A stretch of 64,000 nucleotides of DNA. It comes from Peptococcaceae bacterium. GTDB lineage: Bacteria; Bacillota; Peptococcia; Peptococcales; BICA1-8. Under the pieces are notes generated by a model. That model did no database searches. It worked only from the letters and a program-made list of their open reading frames with translations, and was not told the DNA's origin. Below, piece by piece: positions 28,867-36,214 of this stretch (the first letter of the stretch is position 1; every line of letters starts with the position of its first letter). Position numbers and translations under genes: made by a program. Where the stretch lies: positions 168,542-232,541 of the forward strand of contig JBMNCQ010000055.1 of the NCBI GenBank assembly GCA_049366715.1. The letters are read 5' to 3'.

Positions 28867-29067
28867 TTAAAAGGGTAATCCTAATTTGCTTATTAATTTT
28901 TGTGTTAATTCTTCCATTTGCTCCTTGCTTTTTATTCCACCGGCAGCTTCGATTTCTGCGATCACCTCATTTATCACCTTTCTTTTGTCTTCAGGTAAAA
29001 ACATTTCGAATTGAGCAACAATTGCTTTTAACTCCTCAATGCTTTGCGGCATTTGAAATTGATTCAT
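28867..29067 (-). CDS. hypothetical helical small protein (66 aa)
   Basis: ORF 16 nt downstream of 29084..29503; GGGAGG RBS. Confidence 0.5.
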   Translation of the reverse strand: MNQFQMPQSIEELKAIVAQFEMFLPEDKRKVINEVIAEIEAAGGIKSKEQMEELTQKLISKLGLPF

Positions 29068-29083
29068 AATTAACCTCCCGCTT

Positions 29084-29503
29084 TTATTTTATTGTCCTGC
29101 TGTATATAGGAGTATAGGTCTTTTCCTCCCGTAAAGAATTATCTACTCTTCTGGAATACAATACCGTATGCTTTGTTTCAGGTTGAGGGGCTTTTGCCTT
29201 TTTGGTTCTTTTCGGTTCCATAACCCGGGAATATAATACACTATGATTCTCTTTAGGGTCTTCGGCAATTGCTTCAATAACTTTCCTTTCCGGCAGATCT
29301 TCTTCCTTCCCAATCGTTCTGTTAAATAATACTTTTATTTCGTCAGATGTGATCGTATCTTTAACCTCTTCCTCCTCTTTGGATCTTACCGTTCCCCACG
29401 GCCTTAAAAATCCGCTGCCCTGGCTAAAGAATGCCAAAAATACAACAGCTATTAACAGAAAAATACTAAAAGATTTGTTTTCATTATCATAAAGACCAAA
29501 CAT
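29084..29503 (-). CDS. N-terminally anchored protein with three (V/I)(L/P)YSR repeats (139 aa)
   Basis: TM helix FSIFLLIAVVFLAFF; HSVLYSRVMEP..., HTVLYSRRVDN..., YTPIYSRTIK*; AAAGGAGGGAG RBS. Confidence 0.55.
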   Translation of the reverse strand: MFGLYDNENKSFSIFLLIAVVFLAFFSQGSGFLRPWGTVRSKEEEEVKDTITSDEIKVLFNRTIGKEEDLPERKVIEAIAEDPKENHSVLYSRVMEPKRTKKAKAPQPETKHTVLYSRRVDNSLREEKTYTPIYSRTIK

Positions 29504-29564
29504 TTTACTACTCCCTCCTTTTGTCCCAAAGTTTAAAAATTAATGAAAAGCTTTAATTCTGATT

Positions 29565-29591
29565 CATTTTATGCGCAAAAAAATTAAGTGT
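29565..29591 (-). promoter_or_regulatory. sigmaK/E-type promoter candidate
   Basis: Minus strand AC-N16-CATAAAATG, 62 nt upstream of ATG at 29503. Confidence 0.35.
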
Positions 29592-29706
29592 TCCTAGATC
29601 ACATGATTTTTGAATTCCAATTAATTACAATTTGCCCCTTCCTGCTTAGCACGGGAAAATAAAGTTTTACTATATTTTTTAATGCTGAGCGGTAAATTTA
29701 TTTATC

Positions 29707-29734
29707 ACCTTTATGATTTGCCCCTCATAAAATA
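29707..29734 (+). promoter_or_regulatory. sigmaK/E-type promoter candidate
   Basis: AC-N17-CATAAAATA, 32 nt upstream of ATG at 29766. Confidence 0.45.
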
Positions 29735-29765
29735 TAAGCAACGAACAGGCAAGGAGGTCTGGGAA

Positions 29766-29876
29766 ATGAATACCAACTGGCATAATCTCAACATGTATTT
29801 TTTTGAAACGATCCTGATGGTCATAATTATCTTTTGGCTTTTACGCTGGTTATTCAGCAGCAATTACACAGCCTGA
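29766..29876 (+). CDS. tiny membrane protein, family A (36 aa)
   Basis: MNTNWHNLNMYFFETILMVIIIFWLLRWLFSSNYTA; CAAGGAGG RBS; the track ORF 29682..29876 is over-extended. Confidence 0.7.
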   Translation: MNTNWHNLNMYFFETILMVIIIFWLLRWLFSSNYTA

Positions 29877-29889
29877 TCCATTCCAGTGC

Positions 29890-29919
29890 AGAGTAAGTTT
29901 TTAACTTACTCTTTTTTTT
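29890..29919 (+). terminator. rho-independent terminator
   Basis: AGAGTAAGTT-TTT-AACTTACTCT-TTTTTTT. Confidence 0.85.
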
Positions 29920-30009
29920 GGTCAATCCACCGCCAGACATTGATTCTCTTAAAGTATTATATGTATTCGGCTGTAAAAAGTTTATGACTTTTCTTGTAAA
30001 CTTAAATGC

Positions 30010-30036
30010 ACAGTTTAGAGAGTACTTCATAAGATA
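30010..30036 (+). promoter_or_regulatory. sigmaK/E-type promoter candidate
   Basis: AC-N16-CATAAGATA, 47 nt upstream of ATG at 30083. Confidence 0.45.
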
Positions 30037-30082
30037 TTACTGTAAACGATAACTATTACGCTCATGAAAGGAGGATTTTTAC

Positions 30083-30229
30083 ATGGCTGATAAAACTGCT
30101 AGCCAATTTGGTTTCTTTGGTGGGGAGTGTTTCTTTAACGAATGCTTCTTCGAAACTCTTTTAATGATAATCATAATTTACTGGCTTTTAAGGTGGTTAT
30201 TTGGTTTTAACTACTATGGTGCTGTTTAA
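30083..30229 (+). CDS. tiny membrane protein, family A (48 aa); not in ORF track
   Basis: MADKTASQFGFFGGECFFNECFFETLLMIIIIYWLLRWLFGFNYYGAV; AAAGGAGG RBS. Confidence 0.8.
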   Translation: MADKTASQFGFFGGECFFNECFFETLLMIIIIYWLLRWLFGFNYYGAV

Positions 30230-30286
30230 AAATTAAGCCGAGCACAAATGTCCCGGGAAAATATGTTCTTGAAAGGGGGCCTTTAC

Positions 30287-30406
30287 ATGGCAGACGGGTA
30301 CGGAAGTTGCTTTTTTAACGAATGTTTCTTTGAAACATTATTAATGATTATTATTATCTACTGGCTCTTAAGGTGGTTATTCGGCTTTAACGGCTTTGGT
30401 GTTTAA
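30287..30406 (+). CDS. tiny membrane protein, family A (39 aa); not in ORF track
   Basis: MADGYGSCFFNECFFETLLMIIIIYWLLRWLFGFNGFGV; AAAGGGGG RBS. Over the 26 shared codons it differs from the 30083 copy at 11 codons, all synonymous. Confidence 0.8.
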   Translation: MADGYGSCFFNECFFETLLMIIIIYWLLRWLFGFNGFGV

Positions 30407-30419
30407 GGCTTCTCAGATA

Positions 30420-30455
30420 AAGGGTAAAGATGGATTCCACCTTTACCCTTTTATT
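30420..30455 (+). terminator. rho-independent terminator
   Basis: AAGGGTAAAG-ATGGATTCCAC-CTTTACCCTT-TTATT. Confidence 0.7.
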
Positions 30456-30516
30456 AACTGGCAAATTCAAATTTTTAGGAAGTGAAATTTTACATAAGAG
30501 GGGGTTTTGATTAATA

Positions 30517-30645
30517 ATGACTGAAGAAAGCAGACAATACGGATATGGCGGCTTTCCTTTCGGGGGCTACTGGTGGATTTGGATAATAATAGGTGTATTA
30601 TTTTTCTTATTCTTCTTTGGCGGATGCGGCTTTGGTCCCTGCTAA
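30517..30645 (+). CDS. tiny membrane protein, family B-like / YjcZ-like (42 aa); not in ORF track
   Basis: MTEESRQYGYGGFPFGGYWWIWIIIGVLFFLFFFGGCGFGPC; AGAGGGGG RBS. Confidence 0.65.
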   Translation: MTEESRQYGYGGFPFGGYWWIWIIIGVLFFLFFFGGCGFGPC

Positions 30646-30685
30646 AATTTTTTTATCTAATATTAAAAATGAGAGGAGAATCATC

Positions 30686-30802
30686 ATGGCTGATAATGTT
30701 GCCGGTCAATTTGGTTTTGGCTACGGTTACCAATGGCTGGTTTGGGTGGCTATAATCGCCTTGGTCATTTACTTATTCGCATTTCCTTGCTGTGGAATAT
30801 AA
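30686..30802 (+). CDS. tiny membrane protein, family B / YjcZ-like (38 aa)
   Basis: MADNVAGQFGFGYGYQWLVWVAIIALVIYLFAFPCCGI; GAGAGGAG RBS; the track ORF 30593..30802 is over-extended. Confidence 0.75.
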   Translation: MADNVAGQFGFGYGYQWLVWVAIIALVIYLFAFPCCGI

Positions 30803-30834
30803 AAAAAAGGGCAGATAATACTGCCCTTTTTTTA
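30803..30834 (+). terminator. rho-independent terminator
   Basis: AAAAGGGCAG-ATAATA-CTGCCCTTTT-TTT. Confidence 0.85.
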
Positions 30835-30841
30835 TACATTA

Positions 30842-30869
30842 ACCGTTTATTAAAAAATATCATAGTATA
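30842..30869 (+). promoter_or_regulatory. sigmaK/E-type promoter candidate
   Basis: AC-N17-CATAGTATA, 44 nt upstream of ATG at 30913. Confidence 0.45.
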
Positions 30870-30912
30870 TATTGTAAACAAAATATAGCCACTCTGGAGA
30901 GGGGGTTAGCAT

Positions 30913-31035
30913 ATGGCTGATAATGTTGCCGGTCAATTCGGTTACGGTTTTGGCAACCAATGGCTGGTTTGGGTAGCTTTAATCGCTTTGATCATCTATG
31001 TGATCTGCTTCCCATACGGCGGGGGATACTGTTAG
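30913..31035 (+). CDS. tiny membrane protein, family B / YjcZ-like (40 aa); not in ORF track
   Basis: MADNVAGQFGYGFGNQWLVWVALIALIIYVICFPYGGGYC; GAGAGGGGG RBS. Confidence 0.8.
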   Translation: MADNVAGQFGYGFGNQWLVWVALIALIIYVICFPYGGGYC

Positions 31036-31121
31036 CCTTAATGAGAAGGGGTAGCGGTTCCAAACATGAACAACTAATACTAAGTCTTTATGAATTATCT
31101 ATCCTGAAAGGAGGTCACTAT

Positions 31122-31250
31122 ATGGCTGATAATGTTGCCGGTCAATTCGGTTACGGTTACGATTACGGTTCCCAATGGCTGGTCTGGGTAGCTTTAATCG
31201 CTTTGATCATCTATATTTTCTGCACCCCATACGGGGGCGGCTGGTGTTAA
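31122..31250 (+). CDS. tiny membrane protein, family B / YjcZ-like (42 aa)
   Basis: MADNVAGQFGYGYDYGSQWLVWVALIALIIYIFCTPYGGGWC; AAAGGAGG RBS; the track ORF 30960..31250 is over-extended. Confidence 0.8.
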   Translation: MADNVAGQFGYGYDYGSQWLVWVALIALIIYIFCTPYGGGWC

Positions 31251-31354
31251 TCTCGAGCCCAAGGGAGCATTAAATCCCTTCGGCTTAACCTTAAAAAGTT
31301 ACTACGTAATATCGGATACTGATTTATGATCTTTGGAAAGGAGGTTAATCACAT

Positions 31355-31477
31355 ATGACGGATAATGTTGCCGGTCAATTCGGTTTTGGTTATGGCAGTC
31401 AGTGGCTGATCTGGGTAGCTTTAATCGCTTTGATCATCTATATTTTCTGCACCCCATACGGCGGAGGATGCTGCTAA
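31355..31477 (+). CDS. tiny membrane protein, family B / YjcZ-like (40 aa); not in ORF track
   Basis: MTDNVAGQFGFGYGSQWLIWVALIALIIYIFCTPYGGGCC; AAAGGAGG RBS; shares a 52-nt identical run with the 31122 copy. Confidence 0.8.
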   Translation: MTDNVAGQFGFGYGSQWLIWVALIALIIYIFCTPYGGGCC

Positions 31478-31517
31478 TCTAATAAAAAGGGATTCTTAAC
31501 GCCCTTTCCGGAATGTC

Positions 31518-31557
31518 AAAAAAAACCATGTTTCAAAATTTTGAAACATGGTTTTTT
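31518..31557. terminator. bidirectional terminator
   Basis: AAAAAAAACCATGTTTCAAA-AT-TTTGAAACATGGTTTTTT between convergent genes. Confidence 0.85.
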
Positions 31558-31579
31558 GATATTCCCTATCCTTTAATAG

Positions 31580-31921
31580 TCAGACAATCTGAACCAGTGC
31601 TTTATCCACATCATCGGCAATCGTAAAAATTTTATCAAGTTTTGCAAATCCGATTATCTTTTTCACATACTCCGTCATACCTGCATACACAATTTGGCCC
31701 TGCCCCTGATTCATATATTTAAATAAAGAAATGAGCATTCCCAACCCCGAAGAATCAAGCATAGGCACCTGAGACAAATCCAATACCAACTTATTAGCCT
31801 GAGAATTCTTTAATTCCTCTTTAATCTTCTCCTTTAAATCATTTGAGTACAATAAGGTTACTTCACCTTTAATGCTGGCCACTAAAATATCTTTCTCCTG
31901 GTTTAATACTAATTCAGCCAT
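31580..31921 (-). CDS. STAS-domain anti-sigma-factor antagonist (SpoIIAA/RsbV-like), orphan
   Basis: 113 aa; ...LVLDLSQVPMLDSSGLGMLISLFK... (conserved phosphorylatable Ser context DSSGLG). Confidence 0.8.
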   Translation of the reverse strand: MAELVLNQEKDILVASIKGEVTLLYSNDLKEKIKEELKNSQANKLVLDLSQVPMLDSSGLGMLISLFKYMNQGQGQIVYAGMTEYVKKIIGFAKLDKIFTIADDVDKALVQIV

Positions 31922-32125
31922 TCTTTACACCTTCCTTTATTCTCCTTCTTACTGACTTTCTTTTTTATACGCAGGGAACGAATAAGAATATATAGTTTTT
32001 ATTTTTCGCCAAAAAACAGAAAAACCCTTTAATTCTACATATTCTTACCTTTTTTAGTAATAATAATTTGTGATAGTCATAATAAGTCGGAATCTTGATC
32101 AACATATACCAAAGCGGGGATTTGC

Positions 32126-33751
32126 ATGAAGATAAAAAAGTTAAAGTTTTTGCAGTTTTTAATCAGTCAAAAACCCCTTAAACCCTTCTGGGACAATGAA
32201 AACACCAGAAGCCGCAGCAACGGAGATCAGAATAATGAGAAACTGACCGCCAGCTTGGAAAAAAATATAAAAATGCTGAAAAGTACCTTGGGAGAAAGCA
32301 GCGATATCGTATATCACAGATTTACCATGGGTACGGAAGGAAGACCGGAAGCTGTCCTGATTATGGTTGACGGTATAGTAGATAAAAATACGGTTAATAA
32401 TTTTGTGATCAAAACACTGATGATTGATAGTCAAGTTACGAACAATAAAAGCGGGCTCTACCCCAACTATACCATCGACACGATTAAAAATACCCTGGTG
32501 TCCGTCGGAGGCATACAAGAGGCTGTCTTCCTCAGGGATATTATAGACAATATTCTGGCCGGGGATACTGTCTTAGTAATAAACGGTTTTAATATCGGAC
32601 TCATCATCAGTACCAGGGGCTGGAAAAGCCGGGGCATTGAGCAGCCTGAAACAGAGTCAGGGGTTCGCGGCCCTCATGACGGCTTCACCGAAACACTGCG
32701 CATAAATACGGCCTTAATCCGCCGCCGGATCAGAAATCCCGCTCTTACTTTTGAATCTTTTATCATTGGGAAACGGACCAAAACCGATATCGCTGTCGTT
32801 TACTTAAAAGGCATCGTTAAGCCCGGCTTAGTGGAAGAAATAAAAAAGCGCTTACAAAGGATAGATAATGATGCCATCCTGGAATCTGGATATATCGAAC
32901 AGTTCATTGAGGATGCTCCCCTTTCTCCTTTCAGTACCATAGGTAATACCGAAAGGCCGGACATCGTAGCAGCAAAACTTTTGGAAGGACGGGCAGCAAT
33001 TATCACCGATGGAACACCGGTAATTCTTACCATGCCGATGATTTTTTTGGAAAGCTTTCAAGCCGCGGAAGACTATTACTCCCGCCCCTATTATGTAAGT
33101 ATCGTAAGAGCCCTGAGGTTCCTTTCTTTTTTTATAAGTGTCTTTGGCCCGGCTTCTTTTGTAGCCTTAACAAGCTTTCACCAGGAATTGATACCCACAC
33201 CGTTATTGCTAACCATGGCTGCGGCCCGGGAAGGTACTCCTTTCCCCTCCGTCATTGAAGCAACTCTCATGGGGATAGCTTTTGAAATCCTGAGGGAAGC
33301 CGGTATCCGCCTGCCCCGGCCTGTTGGTACGGCCATCAGCATCGTAGGGGCATTGGTAATTGGGGATGCGGTAGTATCGGCAGGATTAATCGGCGCTCCC
33401 ATGGTTATTGTCGTAGCCATCACAGCCATTGCTTCCTTCGTCGTCCCCCCTCAGGCCGACGTCGGGGGAATAGCCAGAATCATCCTGGTGTTTATGGCCG
33501 GTTTTTTAGGGGCCTTCGGTATCATGATCGGCCTTTTAGGAGGACTGATCCATATTTGTGCCTTAAGATCTTTTGGTACACCTTACTTTTCTCCTTTTGC
33601 CCCGCTTAAAATTTCCGATCTCAAAGATACTATTGTCCGGTTTCCTTTGTGGGCCATGCTCACCAGACCTTCCAGCATGGGCTGGAATAACCCTGTTAGA
33701 GAAGACTTGGGGAATATGCCGGCCCCACCCCAGAAAAAGAAACAGCCTTAG
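32126..33751 (+). CDS. spore germination protein, GerA-family A subunit
   Basis: 541 aa; soluble N-terminal domain plus C-terminal TM bundle; typical blocks RRRIRNP, ESGYIEQFIED, FPSVIEA. Confidence 0.85.
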   Translation: MKIKKLKFLQFLISQKPLKPFWDNENTRSRSNGDQNNEKLTASLEKNIKMLKSTLGESSDIVYHRFTMGTEGRPEAVLIMVDGIVDKNTVNNFVIKTLMIDSQVTNNKSGLYPNYTIDTIKNTLVSVGGIQEAVFLRDIIDNILAGDTVLVINGFNIGLIISTRGWKSRGIEQPETESGVRGPHDGFTETLRINTALIRRRIRNPALTFESFIIGKRTKTDIAVVYLKGIVKPGLVEEIKKRLQRIDNDAILESGYIEQFIEDAPLSPFSTIGNTERPDIVAAKLLEGRAAIITDGTPVILTMPMIFLESFQAAEDYYSRPYYVSIVRALRFLSFFISVFGPASFVALTSFHQELIPTPLLLTMAAAREGTPFPSVIEATLMGIAFEILREAGIRLPRPVGTAISIVGALVIGDAVVSAGLIGAPMVIVVAITAIASFVVPPQADVGGIARIILVFMAGFLGAFGIMIGLLGGLIHICALRSFGTPYFSPFAPLKISDLKDTIVRFPLWAMLTRPSSMGWNNPVREDLGNMPAPPQKKKQP

Positions 33752-33777
33752 AACAGGAGAAAGGTAAGGTATGCAGT

Positions 33778-34947
33778 ATGAACAGCCTGATCAAAATATT
33801 ATCCGTCCTGATGCTCTCCCTTGCCCTGCCTGTTTCAGGCTGCTGGGACCGTAAAGAACTGGACCAACTGGCTATCGTATCCAGTATAGCCTACGATACC
33901 GCTGCGGAACCCGAAGGGATTACCGTAACTGCCCAATTAATCCTTTCCGGCAAAGTTTCTGCCCCGGGAACGGGCGGCGGCGGCGGGGAAAAAACTCCGG
34001 TCCGGGTAATCCAAGCCACAGCGACAACACCCTTTGCCGCTGTCAGAAACATGTCTTTACAGTCTGAAGAAAAACCCTATTTTTCCCATAATCCCATCCT
34101 CGTCATGGGCCGGGGAATTGCTGAAAAAGGGGTTTCACCAATATTGGATTTCCACTTCCGGGATCCCGAACATAGAAGAACCGGCTATTTCCTGGTAGCA
34201 GAAGGAAAAGGACAGGATATTATTGCCATTGGAACTGAGCAAGAGGAGATTCCGGGAATGTTCATCAAAAACATGCTGGAAACGGCTAATTTCAATACTT
34301 CAAAGATAGCACTGATCACCGAACAAGAATTTATGGAAAGACTGATGAGTAAAACCACCTCGCCCTATGCCACTTTGATTAAAACTTCCGAAGATGGGAA
34401 AGAAAAGACTTTGCGTCTGACAGGTACGGCGGTCTTTAAAAGGGATAAGCTGGCAGGTAAATTCGATTACCGGGAAAGCCGCGGTCTTTTATGGATATTG
34501 GGAAAAGTCAAAAGCGGTATTATCGTAGTCCCCTGCTCAGAACACAACGGTGAAATCGGCCTGGAGATCATCCGCGCCAAAAGCAAAATTATTCCGGAAA
34601 TTACGGAAAACTCCATCAAGATAACCATCAAGGTCAGTGAAGAAGGAAATCTGGGAGATCAAAGCTGTTCGGAGGATTTAACAACACCTGCCGCCTGGCA
34701 GGAATTAGAAAAAAAACAGGCTGCGGCTATTAAGGAAGAAATGATGGCCGCCGTTGCCAAGTCCCGGGAACTTAACAGCGATGTATTTGGCTTTGGGGAT
34801 GCCGTTCACCGCAAATATCCCCAGCTGTGGCGCGATGAACTGGAAGAAAACTGGGACGATTATTATCCTGAACTGGAAATTGAAATCATAGTGGAGGCCA
34901 GGCTGCGCCGGCCCGGGATGATTACCAAGCCCGCCGTACCGCAGTAA
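33778..34947 (+). CDS. Ger(x)C-family germination lipoprotein
   Basis: 389 aa; signal peptide with lipobox VSGCWDRKELD, the hallmark start of GerAC-type proteins. Confidence 0.85.
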   Translation: MNSLIKILSVLMLSLALPVSGCWDRKELDQLAIVSSIAYDTAAEPEGITVTAQLILSGKVSAPGTGGGGGEKTPVRVIQATATTPFAAVRNMSLQSEEKPYFSHNPILVMGRGIAEKGVSPILDFHFRDPEHRRTGYFLVAEGKGQDIIAIGTEQEEIPGMFIKNMLETANFNTSKIALITEQEFMERLMSKTTSPYATLIKTSEDGKEKTLRLTGTAVFKRDKLAGKFDYRESRGLLWILGKVKSGIIVVPCSEHNGEIGLEIIRAKSKIIPEITENSIKITIKVSEEGNLGDQSCSEDLTTPAAWQELEKKQAAAIKEEMMAAVAKSRELNSDVFGFGDAVHRKYPQLWRDELEENWDDYYPELEIEIIVEARLRRPGMITKPAVPQ

Positions 34948-35110
34948 ATGACTTGGCAGCCATGGAGAATAGAGAGTTGAGATCGGAGTATTACAGCCAA
35001 GCAGCGGCACCGCACCAGGAGCCGCTAAGAGAAAACTATGGAAACAACAATAAGCCGGAAATTTTTTAACTGGTTTCTGTAACTAGTCACGGACCGGGGG
35101 GGATAAGTCT

Positions 35111-36214
35111 ATGCAGTTGGAAGGAGGTAAAATTGATAATTTCAGCTTATTTTTCCTCATCATCGGCTTTACTATTGGTTCTACGACCATAATCAGTCCT
35201 ACACCCGGAGCAGGACATGACTCATGGCTGGCGGTACTGGCCGGGATGCTGGAAGGAGTTTGCTATGCCGCGGTTTTTTTATCTTTAGCCCGGAAATTCC
35301 CCGGTAAGAATCTCATTGAGATCATTAACCTGGTTTTCGGCAGATTTTGGGGCAAAATTATTTCCCTCGGCTACTTATGGTATTTTCTCCACCTGGGTTC
35401 TTTGGTCTTAAGAAACTTTGGGGACTTTTTTAATTTGATGGTCTTTCCCAAAACCCCTATGGTGATTATCATCGGTCTGACGATACTGGTTACTGCCTCT
35501 GCGGTCAGGAACGGTGTCGAAGTTATCACAAGATGCAGTGTGGTTTTAGTTCCCTTGATCTTAGCGGCTTATATTTTTGATACACTGTTTATTATTCCTA
35601 AAATGGACCTGAGCAAGCTTTTACCAGTCTTCGACCTGCCTGTAAAAGACTTTATCAAGGCCAGCCATGCTGCAGCCACTTTCCCTTTTGGCGAAACGAT
35701 ACTCCTCTTAATGACGACGGCCTATGTTACCGATTACAAAAAAACCAGAAGTTATTTTATCAGCGCCCTGATTTTCATCAGCTGCTTTTTTTCTCTGGCA
35801 GCCGCCCGAAACACTGCAGTGCTCGGCACGTCGGCAGACATTCACCTCTATCCTTCTTATGAAGCAATACGTCTCATAGAAGTAGGCAGTATTTTAACCC
35901 GGTTGGAAGTGATTATAGACTTTACTATTTTTTTTATGGGCTTTGTTAAAATAGCCGTATGCTATTACGGAACGGCACTAGGTACTGCTCAGCTCTTAAA
36001 TTTACGTTCTTACCTGCCCCTTGTTATACCAATCGGCATAATTATGACTATTTTAAGCCTTACGCAATTTGAATCAGCCAGCGCAAATATTGAATGGGCA
36101 GCCAATTTTTATCCCTACTACAGCCTGCCCTTTCAAATCGGCCTTCCTCTCCTGGCCCTGATTATCACCTTTTTTAACAAAAAAACCCCTCAGAAGGCAG
36201 GTGAAAGCAGATGA
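35111..36214 (+). CDS. GerA-family B subunit (APC-type spore germination permease), copy 1
   Basis: 367 aa, 10 TM; N-terminal ...ISPTPGAGHDSWLAVL... Confidence 0.8.
   Translation: MQLEGGKIDNFSLFFLIIGFTIGSTTIISPTPGAGHDSWLAVLAGMLEGVCYAAVFLSLARKFPGKNLIEIINLVFGRFWGKIISLGYLWYFLHLGSLVLRNFGDFFNLMVFPKTPMVIIIGLTILVTASAVRNGVEVITRCSVVLVPLILAAYIFDTLFIIPKMDLSKLLPVFDLPVKDFIKASHAAATFPFGETILLLMTTAYVTDYKKTRSYFISALIFISCFFSLAAARNTAVLGTSADIHLYPSYEAIRLIEVGSILTRLEVIIDFTIFFMGFVKIAVCYYGTALGTAQLLNLRSYLPLVIPIGIIMTILSLTQFESASANIEWAANFYPYYSLPFQIGLPLLALIITFFNKKTPQKAGESR

Noticed and set aside
26006-31250. Long forms of ORFs 26006..26194, 29682..29876, 30593..30802 and 30960..31250, plus the out-of-frame ORF 30573..30755.
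   Set aside because: Internal ATGs are preceded by GGAGG-type RBSs at the correct spacing and give products that align with their paralogs. The upstream extensions lack an RBS and run through terminators or promoters of neighbouring genes.
30517-31477. Whether the tandem small peptides with a conserved N-terminus (MADNVAGQFG...) are RiPP or bacteriocin precursors.
   Set aside because: No modification enzyme (LanM/LanBC, radical SAM, YcaO), peptidase-ABC exporter or immunity gene lies within about 10 kb. The conserved part includes a full TM helix. The architecture fits tiny-TM sporulation proteins better.
26045-31477. Whether the tiny hydrophobic peptides are type I toxin-antitoxin toxins.
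   Set aside because: They have strong accessible RBSs and sporulation-type promoter motifs. I saw no obvious convergent antisense promoter/terminator pair or long structured 5' UTR. This cannot be fully excluded without transcript data.
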